Shown here: positions 37,635 through 45,622 of the stretch, piece by piece
Layout: each line of letters opens with the position of its first letter
How positions within the stretch are numbered: the stretch's first letter is position 1
NCBI GenBank assembly: GCA_965221775.1
Contig: CBDCSU010000006.1
Coordinates: 480,001-544,000 of the forward strand
DNA from: Candidatus Latescibacterota bacterium
GTDB taxonomy: Bacteria; Latescibacterota; UBA2968; UBA8231
Reading direction: 5' to 3'
DNA: 64,000 bases
The notes under the pieces: model-generated
Seen by the model: only the letters and a program-made list of their open reading frames with translations
Database searches by the model: none
What the model was told of the DNA's origin: nothing
Translations under genes and position numbers: made by a program

Positions 37635-38236
37635 GCCTCATCCCCTGGTGAGTCCCCCCGCCGGTTGCGGTGCAGTGACTCGTCCACGGCGGCTGCCATG
37701 GCCCCCCGGTCGAGCCCGCCGCCGAGGAACCCGTCGATGGCGCGGGCGGACTCGGCGGGATCGGCCAGGATCCGCCCGTGGTCGAGGTGCAGCGTGTCGA
37801 AGTTGCCGGCCTCTTCGAGAAAGGCCTCGACCTCGCGCAGGTGATCGGCGAAGGCGCGGGTCATCTCCGCCTCGGGGACAGCGTCGGGATCCTCCCCGCG
37901 GCGCAGGAGCATCCGGCGCTGCGAGGCGAGCACCTCCTGCAAGTCGCGGTGGATGAGCAGCACCCGGTAGCGCAGGTCCCCCGGCAGGTGGCGCAACAGG
38001 AAGCTGATCACCTTGATCGCCTCCCCCTGGTGGGCCCGCATCCAGCCCTTGTCCCCCTCCTTGTCCAGCCGCCTGACGCGCTCCACCTCGAAGTAGCCCC
38101 GGGGGTTGTCCTCGTCGGCGGCGCGGATGCCGTCGGTGGCGCAGGTCAGGCCGCCGGCGCGCAGCATCTGCATGACCATGGAGGTCCCCGACCGGGGCAG
38201 ACCCGAGACGACGACCACCGGCTCTCCCTCGCGCAC
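37631..38236 (-). CDS. Sulfotransferase family protein
   Basis: 5'-PSB loop VVSGLPRSGTSMVM, NPRGYFE, R...EVLASQ. Confidence 0.85.
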   Translation of the reverse strand: MREGEPVVVVSGLPRSGTSMVMQMLRAGGLTCATDGIRAADEDNPRGYFEVERVRRLDKEGDKGWMRAHQGEAIKVISFLLRHLPGDLRYRVLLIHRDLQEVLASQRRMLLRRGEDPDAVPEAEMTRAFADHLREVEAFLEEAGNFDTLHLDHGRILADPAESARAIDGFLGGGLDRGAMAAAVDESLHRNRRGDSPGDEA

Positions 38237-38246
38237 GGGTCCGCCG

Positions 38247-40127
38247 CTATCGATGGAAGTAGCGGCGCACCTGCTCCGCCGGCGGCGGCGCCGTCAGCCG
38301 CGCGGCGATCCAGGTGGCGGCGAAGGAGACCAGGAGGCCGGCCAGGATCGGGTCCAGCTCCAGGGGGCGGACGGGGCGGAAGAAGCTGCCGTTGACGAAG
38401 GCGCCCGCCGCGTACAGGGCCAGGTGCGCGGCGAAGCCGGCGATCATGCCGGTCATGGCGCCGAAGGTGTTGACCCGCGGCCAGTAGAGGGCGAAGACCG
38501 TGGGCCCGAGGAAGCAGGCCGCCAGGCCGCTGCCGGTGTAGACGATGATGTCCTGCAAAAAGCGCGGCGGATCGACGGCGCCGGCCACGGCGCCGGCCCC
38601 CACGAGGCAGGTCACGGCATAGCTGAGCACGCGGATGCGCCCCTCGGCGGCGCCGGGGCGCAGGTTGCGCTGGTACACGTCGCGCACGAGGGCCGAGGAG
38701 ATCATCAGCAGGAAGCTGTCCACCGTGGACATGACGGCGGCGAAGGGGGCCGCCACCAGCAGGCCCCCGAGCCAGGCGAGGCCGGCGTTCTCGGTGACGA
38801 AGATCACCATGGCGGGCATGATGCGGTCGGACTCGGCCTCCATCCCCGGCAGCAGCACGCGGGCGCAGCAGAAGATGATCACCAGCGGGAAGTAGATGAG
38901 GGAGTAGTAGACGGTGACGGTGGCGATCGAGTGGCGGAGGGTTCGGGCGTCGCGGAAGGCCATGAGGCGCACGTAGTTGCCCGGCTGCCCGGTGCCCGCG
39001 ATGGCCCACATGATGAAGAAGGAGACGGCCAGACTCAGGGGCAGGAAGCCCTCGGGGTCGCCGGGGCTGGGTCCGGGGCCGCTCACGTAGGTGCCGGGCT
39101 GGCCGTCGCCGTAGGCGTAGGGATGAGTCTGCGGCTGGCGCAGGCGCAGCGACTCGGGGACCCACGCCGTGGCCGGATCCCCGGCAACCCGGCGGACCTG
39201 GGACTCCGAGGTCAGCTCCACCACCTCCACCCGCAGGCGCCGTTCCCCCGCCGGCAGGGTGGCGGCCCTGGAGATGCGGAAGAGGCGGCCGCTGTGCGGA
39301 TCCCCGTCGAGCCAGGCCCAGCTCCCCGCCGGCACCTGGGCCTCCCCTTCGGCCTCGGAGACCCGCTCCAGCTCCGCGGGTCCCAGCCGCGGCGGGGTCA
39401 TGCTCGCCAGCTCTCCCGTGGCGCGCTCGAGGCCGCCCACCTGGTGCAGGGTCAGCGGCAGCAGGATGACGACGCCGGCCACCATGACCACCCCCTGCAT
39501 GACGTCGGTCCAGACGACGGCGTGGAAGCCGCCGTAGGTGGTGTAGAGGACCACCACCGCTCCGAAGGCGAGGAGGCAGAGGAGGTACTCGGGATCGACC
39601 CCTCCCGGTCCGAGGTAGCCGCCGAGATCCGCCGCCAGGCCGTGAAAGGCGCCGACCCCGTCGAGGAGGGTCTTGAGGATCAGGCTGCCCGCCTTGAACT
39701 GGGCCACGAGGTTGAAGGCCATGAAGAACACGATGAGGCCCGTCGCCAGCAGGCCGAAGGCGGCGGAGTCGAAGCGGTCGCGGAAGATGTCGGGCACGGT
39801 GATGGCGCCGGACTTGCGCGCCACCTGGTTCAGGCGCTTGCCGAGGAGGCCCATCATGCAGATGGGCACCACCATGTAGCTGCCGATCCACAGGGCCAGC
39901 ACCCAGCCGTGGGTGTAGATCTTGGAGGGGAAGCCGGTGAAGGAGCCGCCCGAGGCCGAGGTGGCGGCGAAGGTGAGGGCGAAGGCCCACATGCCCAGGC
40001 TGCGGCTGCCGAGGAAGTACTCGCCGAGGAAGCTGCGCCGGCGCAGCAGGCGGTTGGCGACCACCGCCAGGACCAGGACCCCTGCCACGTAGAGGAGGAA
40101 GGCGGTGAGGGCGCCGCCGGCGCTCAT
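38247..40127 (-). CDS. Sodium:solute symporter, PanF-like, with a large loop insertion
   Basis: EYFLGSRSLG, ATSASGGSFTG, YTTYGGFHAVVWTDVMQG, AAVMSTVDSFLL; follows a YhdT-like gene. Confidence 0.88.
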   Translation of the reverse strand: MSAGGALTAFLLYVAGVLVLAVVANRLLRRRSFLGEYFLGSRSLGMWAFALTFAATSASGGSFTGFPSKIYTHGWVLALWIGSYMVVPICMMGLLGKRLNQVARKSGAITVPDIFRDRFDSAAFGLLATGLIVFFMAFNLVAQFKAGSLILKTLLDGVGAFHGLAADLGGYLGPGGVDPEYLLCLLAFGAVVVLYTTYGGFHAVVWTDVMQGVVMVAGVVILLPLTLHQVGGLERATGELASMTPPRLGPAELERVSEAEGEAQVPAGSWAWLDGDPHSGRLFRISRAATLPAGERRLRVEVVELTSESQVRRVAGDPATAWVPESLRLRQPQTHPYAYGDGQPGTYVSGPGPSPGDPEGFLPLSLAVSFFIMWAIAGTGQPGNYVRLMAFRDARTLRHSIATVTVYYSLIYFPLVIIFCCARVLLPGMEAESDRIMPAMVIFVTENAGLAWLGGLLVAAPFAAVMSTVDSFLLMISSALVRDVYQRNLRPGAAEGRIRVLSYAVTCLVGAGAVAGAVDPPRFLQDIIVYTGSGLAACFLGPTVFALYWPRVNTFGAMTGMIAGFAAHLALYAAGAFVNGSFFRPVRPLELDPILAGLLVSFAATWIAARLTAPPPAEQVRRYFHR

Positions 40128-40429
40128 GGCGTTCCCTCCTCCGGGGAGTCCCTTTCCTCCTGGTCCTCGCCGAGGTCGTCGTCGCCCATCACCCGCAGGC
40201 TGAACCACAGGGCGAAGGCGGAGGCCGCCCCCCAGGGGGCGGCAACGCCCCAGAGCACCCAGCGGGGGATGCCGGCCACCGTGGCCGTCCAGGCCGAGTC
40301 GCCGTACCCCGCCAGATAGCAGAAAGGCACCGTCCACAGCAGCGCTGCCACCCAGACGGCGAAGATGACGGCCGCCTCCCGCCGCGTGGAGCGGAAGGTC
40401 GGATCGAGGTCGGGGTCCCGGTGACGCAT
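40124..40429 (-). CDS. YhdT/DUF997 family small membrane protein
   Basis: RREA, two TMs, GIPRW, terminal DDDLG; 4-nt overlap with the symporter as in yhdT-panF. Confidence 0.8.
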   Translation of the reverse strand: MRHRDPDLDPTFRSTRREAAVIFAVWVAALLWTVPFCYLAGYGDSAWTATVAGIPRWVLWGVAAPWGAASAFALWFSLRVMGDDDLGEDQEERDSPEEGTP

Positions 40430-40675
40430 GCGGTGCCGCCGGTGGTTAGCTTTTTTGGTTCGTCGCGGAGGTGGCCGAGGACCGGCACAAGCTGTTGGCC
40501 GCCTCCGCGGGTGTCAAACCCGCCACCGTGAGCGCTGGACATGGCGCCGACCACCCGCCGGGGCGCGATGAAATGGGCAGCCTCCTGACCGCACCGGCAG
40601 GTGTCTCGGCGGCGCCCGGCCCGCCGCCGGGTCCCGTGAGATCCGCTCCAACTGGAGTGACCGAGGAGGTGGGAC

Positions 40676-41956
40676 ATGCGACGCAGAGGTTTCCTCGTCA
40701 AGACGGCAGGGGTGCTCGGCGCCGCCTCCGTGCGCACCGCCATGGGTGAACCCTCCCCCGGTCCTGGCGCACCCGCCGAGGCGGATCCGGCCTCGGACGG
40801 GGAGGCCTTCTGGTCCAGCGTGCGCCAGCGGTTCCCCCTCACCCGGGAGCGCGTCTACCTGAACACGGCCGGGCTGGGCCCTTCGCCCCAGGCGGTGATC
40901 GACGCCGTCCACCGCAAGACGGTGGAGCTGGAGGAGATCTCGGAGACCGGCCACACACAGGAGGTATGGCAGGCGCTCAAGGAGCGCGGGGCCCGCCTCT
41001 TCGGCTGCGAGGCGGAGGAGCTCGCCTTCACCCGCAACACCACCGAGGGCGTCAACATCGTCTGCAACGGCCTTCCCCTCGGCGCCGGCGACGAGGTGAT
41101 CACCTCCACCCACGAGCACGTGGGCAATACCATCTCCTGGATCGCCCGCGCCCGCCGCGACGGGATCCGCATGCGCGTCTTCGAGCCCGCGGTTCAATCG
41201 GCGGCCGAGACCGTGGACCGCATCGCCCGGCTGATCACCCCCCGCACGCGGGCGATCTCCATCTCCCACGTGACCACCACCACGGGACAGGTCCTGCCGG
41301 TGGAGGAGATCGGCCGCCTCGCGGCGCGGCACGGCCTGTGGTACTTCATCGACGGCGCCCAGTCGGCAGGCCAGCTCGTCCTCGACGTGCGCGGCATCGG
41401 CTGCCACGCCTACGCCACCAGCGGCCACAAGTGGCTCCTCGGCCCCAAGGGCACGGGGTTGCTCTACGTTGCCCGCGACGCTCTCGACGCGATCCAGGCC
41501 CGCTGGGTGGGCGCCTGGTCCAACGAGGGCGCCTTCGACATGGCCACGGGCGAATTCGCCTTCCACCCCTCCGCGCAGCGCTACGAGTACGGCACCATGA
41601 GCACCCCCCTCTTCCACGGCCTGGGGGCGGCCATGGAGTTTCTCCTCGACCTGGGCATGGAGCGCGTCTGGCAGCGTGACCAGGCTCTCGGGCGGCGGCT
41701 GATCGCGGGTCTGCAGGAGGCCGGCGCCGAGGTCCTCTCCCCCCTCCAGCCGGGGGAGCACAGCGCCATCGTCTCCTTCCGGCTCGAGGGGATGCCCCGG
41801 CCGGAGCTGCAGCAGCGGCTGGCCCGGGAGCACCGGATCCGCTCCCGGGGGATCTACGAAGGCGGGCTGGAGGCCGTGCGCGTCTCCCCCCACGTCTTCA
41901 GCCTGGCCGACGACGTGGACCGCGTCATCGAGGCGGTGCGCCAGCTTCGCGGCTGA
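40676..41956 (+). CDS. Tat-exported class V PLP aminotransferase (cysteine desulfurase / isopenicillin N epimerase-like)
   Basis: MRRRGFL Tat motif; YLNTAG, RNTTEG, DGAQSAG, SGHKWLLGPKGTG; RBS GGAGG. Confidence 0.88.
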   Translation: MRRRGFLVKTAGVLGAASVRTAMGEPSPGPGAPAEADPASDGEAFWSSVRQRFPLTRERVYLNTAGLGPSPQAVIDAVHRKTVELEEISETGHTQEVWQALKERGARLFGCEAEELAFTRNTTEGVNIVCNGLPLGAGDEVITSTHEHVGNTISWIARARRDGIRMRVFEPAVQSAAETVDRIARLITPRTRAISISHVTTTTGQVLPVEEIGRLAARHGLWYFIDGAQSAGQLVLDVRGIGCHAYATSGHKWLLGPKGTGLLYVARDALDAIQARWVGAWSNEGAFDMATGEFAFHPSAQRYEYGTMSTPLFHGLGAAMEFLLDLGMERVWQRDQALGRRLIAGLQEAGAEVLSPLQPGEHSAIVSFRLEGMPRPELQQRLAREHRIRSRGIYEGGLEAVRVSPHVFSLADDVDRVIEAVRQLRG

Positions 41957-41965
41957 AACGCACGA

Positions 41966-41994
41966 AGGCCCCGGGGACATCTCCCCCGGGGCCT
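41966..41994. terminator. GC-rich hairpin between convergent genes
   Basis: Perfect 11-bp stem AGGCCCCGGGG/CCCCGGGGCCT, 7-nt loop; no U-tract. Confidence 0.55.
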
Positions 41995-42031
41995 CCGAGA
42001 CTGACTGGTATTGCGCCGCGCTCCGGCGGAA

Positions 42032-43078
42032 TCAGAACCCCAGCAGCAGCGACACCCGGTGCACGTTGTCGAGGATGCCGAACTGCGTGTACGCGTAGTC
42101 CACGGTGACGTCGTAGCTCGACCATGGGACGTGGACGCCCAGGCCGAAGCTGGCTCCCTCCTCGGTGCGCGGCGCGTCGAAGCCGGCGCCGGTGACCTCG
42201 TCCACCTTGCTGTCCTCCACGCCGGAGTAATTCAGCTTGTAACCCCCGCGGAGGCTCAGGTACTCCATCACCTCCACCTCGGCGGCGCTGTAGAGCAACT
42301 GCTCGCCGTCCTGGGGCTTGGTGGCGTCGGAGAGCAGGGTCACCTTCACCTGGTCCGCCTGCTCGTAGACCTCGATGGCCGCCCCCACGCTGAAGGCCAG
42401 CGGCAGAGGGGCGCCGATGTTGTAGAAGGTCAGGTCGTTGCCCAGGTTGTTGATGCGCGCCCCGAGCCGGGCGTTGCGGAAGCCCACGTGGTAGATCGCG
42501 CCGAAGTCGAGAGCCATGGCGCTCGCGCCGACGCCGTCGATCGACTGCTGCACCATCTTGCCCGTCGCTCCCAGGGCCAGCCGGTCGGTCACGTTGCGGG
42601 CCCAGGTCACCTGCAGAGCCAGGTCCGAGTAGTCGTAGGAGCCCGATCCCGTGTCGCGGAACCCGGTGTAGGTGGCGTCCAGGAAGCCCGGGACCTGGTC
42701 CCGGTCGAGGCCGCCGCCGTTGTCGATCCCGGCCAGGGAGAGGTTGATCACTCCGATCCCGAAGGTGCCCGCGTCGCCGAAGTTCCGGGTGACGCCGACG
42801 GCGTGGTGGCCGAGGTCGGCGATCCACTGGTTGTAGGAGTAGGTCACCTGGCTGCGGCCCCGCGGCAGGGCGATGCCCGCCGGGTTCCAGAACATCTGCG
42901 TGGCGTCGCCGGCCACCGACGTATAGGCCGAGCCGAGGGCCACCGCCCGGGCGCCGACGCCGATCTTGAGGAAGGCGCCGCCGGTGATGCCCGACTTGCG
43001 AACGGCCGCCTCCGACGAGTCGGCCCAGACGAGGGCGCCGAGGGCCAGCCACAACACCGCGCTCTTGTGAAGCTTCAT
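42032..43078 (-). CDS. PorV/PorQ-like (UPF0164) outer-membrane beta-barrel
   Basis: Signal peptide; FLKIGVGARAVALGSAY, FWNPAG, LSLRGGY, VDYAY, HRVSLLLGF terminal Phe. Confidence 0.88.
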   Translation of the reverse strand: MKLHKSAVLWLALGALVWADSSEAAVRKSGITGGAFLKIGVGARAVALGSAYTSVAGDATQMFWNPAGIALPRGRSQVTYSYNQWIADLGHHAVGVTRNFGDAGTFGIGVINLSLAGIDNGGGLDRDQVPGFLDATYTGFRDTGSGSYDYSDLALQVTWARNVTDRLALGATGKMVQQSIDGVGASAMALDFGAIYHVGFRNARLGARINNLGNDLTFYNIGAPLPLAFSVGAAIEVYEQADQVKVTLLSDATKPQDGEQLLYSAAEVEVMEYLSLRGGYKLNYSGVEDSKVDEVTGAGFDAPRTEEGASFGLGVHVPWSSYDVTVDYAYTQFGILDNVHRVSLLLGF

Positions 43079-43113
43079 CTTTCCGATCCTCCGTTCCGCA
43101 TTGCCCAGTGGAG

Positions 43114-45591
43114 TCACTGCAGGATGGCGAAGTGGCCGGTCTGCTTGCCGCCGGGGTACTCCGCCACGTAGATGTAGAGACCGCTGGTGACCTCGATGCC
43201 GTCCTTGGAGAACATGTCCCAGAACAGGGTGCCGTCGAACTCGTTGGTGCCGTCGAAGCGAAGGACGTCGATCACCTGCCCGGAGACGTCGAGGATGGTG
43301 ATCTCCGTCCCCGTGGGCAGGTTGATGAACAGGATCTTGTGCTGCTCACCGGTGTCGTGCAGGGCCTGGCGCTTGTAGGGGTTGGGCAGCACCCGGATCG
43401 CCAGGTTGCCCGCCACCAGGTCCCCGGCATCGGCCAGGGGCGCCTTCAGGATGAAGGGCGCGCCGATGTCCTTGAGAGAGTTCAGATCGTTGGGGTCGGG
43501 GTAGAAGGCGTTGGCGGTGGTCCACCAGTAGGTCCCCTCCCACGACCCGGAGGCCCCGTTGACGTTGTTGCGGTGGGTCTCCAGCGAGGTGTAGGGCCAG
43601 CCGTTGATCTCGCCCTGCTCGTCGTCGTAGGCGGCCACGTAGTAGTAGTAGGTGAACCCGAAGCTCACCAGGTCGCTGTCGTCGGTGAACTTGTAGTTGT
43701 AGGTGCCGCTGTCGTCGCCGTCGTTCATGTAGGAACCCAGGTCGCCGGCGGGGATGTTGGCGATCAGCCGGTAGGGGCCCCAGGCGTTGGGCTCCTGGTC
43801 GCGATAGGCGTCGGAGCTGATGTTCGGGTTGTTGGCCCGGCCGAAGGCCGCCAGCTGGGCGTCGCTGGGATTCGCCTCCGTCTGCTCGTGATAGCGGTCG
43901 AGCATGCGGATGCCGAGCTGGCGCGTGTCCACCCGCGGGAAGGGCGTGGACCGGTAGATCTTGTACCCTGCGAAGTCCGCCGCCGACTCGGCCCGGTCGT
44001 CCCACTTGACCTCGATGTTGAGGTCGGGGTCGGGACGGCTCGGAGCCACCTTGATGTCGGGCGTCGGGGGCGGCGCCGGCACCTGCCAGTTGTTCTCGTA
44101 GGCCCACTGGGCGGCCGAGCGCGCCCGTCGGACACCCTGCAGCCGGAACCCGCCGTACTCCGCCATGGTGATGTTGATCGTCTCCCCCACCTCCAGCGAG
44201 AAGGGGCCGACGCCGACGTAGTGGTCGCCGTCGAAGCCGTGGCCGATGGTGTACCCCGCGTCCCAGTCGGAGTCGCTGCCGTCGGGCAGGGCGCCGGCGT
44301 TGCCCTTCTCCCAGTTCTGGGCGAAGGTGCCGTTGTACTTCATGTCCCCGCGCGGCTGGCCCCGCTCCCCCTCGGGCTTGACGGCGGCCACGAAGCTCAG
44401 CGGGTTGCCCTCGACGATGTCGGGATGGGTGGCGTCGAAGTAGTTGGGATCGGGCCTGAGGACGAAGGCGGTGCGGTCGGAGATCCGGCCGCCGTTCTCG
44501 TAGAAGGTGCCCATGGAGAGAACGTGGTTCTCCCAGGGGTTGTGATCGTTGTTGCCGTAACCCTTGCTCACCGAGGTGTACCAGCCGCGCTCCGCCCCGG
44601 TGCCGACGGGATGGCTGTCGAAGATCGTCTTCTTGTCCGGCTGGTCGAAGCTGGAGCCATCGCCCGGAAGGGCGCCCTCCTTGACCGCCATCCACTGGGA
44701 GCCGGTGTAGATGTCGTAGTAGTAGTGGCGCCGGCGCATGGTGTTGCCCAGCTCGCGGCTGCCGTCCGGGGCCCAGGGAATGCCGTCAGGACCGGTCTCG
44801 CTCAACTGGGAAGGGGCCGGACCGGTGAAGGTGACCGGCACGTCCCACGGGTTGCCGTCGGCGTCGGGGGTGGCGTCGTAGCCGCTCACCGGACCGGTGA
44901 ACCAGCCGGCCGCGCCGCGCCTCCCCGCCTGGCTGTTGGACATGGAGTTGATCAGCTCGTTGCGCAGGTTGAGGACCAGGGCCTCGATCCTGCGCCCCGT
45001 CTGCTCGGGGTTGCCGTCGCCGTCGGGATCGAAGACGCCCGTGTTGGTCAGCTCGAGCTCGAGGACGAGGAAGTCGTTCATGTTGGCGTGGTTGAGGGAC
45101 CACTGGCGGATGCGGTACTTCACGTCCACGCCGATGTTCGTCGGCGTCGAGCCCTCGTAGATCATCTGGTGCCGGTGGCCGGGGTCCACCCAGCGGGCGC
45201 CGTCGTCCGCCGTCCCGGATCCGAGGGCCGGCGTCTGGAAGGCGTACACGTAGTCCTTGGCGCGGGGATCGGAGGAGGTGGTGAAGTTGTTGATCCCCGG
45301 ACTGTATTCGATCATCTCCAAGGCCTGCTTCCAGGGGATGTGGATGTTCTCTCCCCCGGGGTACATCTGGGTGGGCGTCGTCCACTGGCGGTCGAGGTTG
45401 CCCACGCGGAACAGGTAGTAGAGCTGGTTGGGGTCGGTCTCCACCTCGTAGTAGGTCTTGCCCACGTTGGTCGGCAGGTAGGTCTCCCACAGGTCGCCCG
45501 CCATGATGACGCCCGGGCCCTGCGCGCCTGCCGTCCCGGCGAGGAGCAACACCAGGATGCCGGCGCTCGCCGGCTTCAGGTACTTGATCAT
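43114..45591 (-). CDS. Exported protein with Ca-binding DxDGDG motif, FN3-like domain and T9SS-like CTD
   Basis: Signal peptide; DPDGDGNPE; PPPTP...W...DFAGYKIYRS...YYYYVAAYD; IRVLPNPY...FINLP...SGLYIY...GHFAILQ. Confidence 0.82.
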   Translation of the reverse strand: MIKYLKPASAGILVLLLAGTAGAQGPGVIMAGDLWETYLPTNVGKTYYEVETDPNQLYYLFRVGNLDRQWTTPTQMYPGGENIHIPWKQALEMIEYSPGINNFTTSSDPRAKDYVYAFQTPALGSGTADDGARWVDPGHRHQMIYEGSTPTNIGVDVKYRIRQWSLNHANMNDFLVLELELTNTGVFDPDGDGNPEQTGRRIEALVLNLRNELINSMSNSQAGRRGAAGWFTGPVSGYDATPDADGNPWDVPVTFTGPAPSQLSETGPDGIPWAPDGSRELGNTMRRRHYYYDIYTGSQWMAVKEGALPGDGSSFDQPDKKTIFDSHPVGTGAERGWYTSVSKGYGNNDHNPWENHVLSMGTFYENGGRISDRTAFVLRPDPNYFDATHPDIVEGNPLSFVAAVKPEGERGQPRGDMKYNGTFAQNWEKGNAGALPDGSDSDWDAGYTIGHGFDGDHYVGVGPFSLEVGETINITMAEYGGFRLQGVRRARSAAQWAYENNWQVPAPPPTPDIKVAPSRPDPDLNIEVKWDDRAESAADFAGYKIYRSTPFPRVDTRQLGIRMLDRYHEQTEANPSDAQLAAFGRANNPNISSDAYRDQEPNAWGPYRLIANIPAGDLGSYMNDGDDSGTYNYKFTDDSDLVSFGFTYYYYVAAYDDEQGEINGWPYTSLETHRNNVNGASGSWEGTYWWTTANAFYPDPNDLNSLKDIGAPFILKAPLADAGDLVAGNLAIRVLPNPYKRQALHDTGEQHKILFINLPTGTEITILDVSGQVIDVLRFDGTNEFDGTLFWDMFSKDGIEVTSGLYIYVAEYPGGKQTGHFAILQ

Positions 45592-45622
45592 CGTATTTCC
45601 TCCCATGGAGTCCCTGATCGGC

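Noticed and set aside
37150-37641. 549-aa ORF implying a longer nuclease-like protein
   Set aside because: Upstream part is an alternative frame over ybaK; composition changes at ATG 37149.
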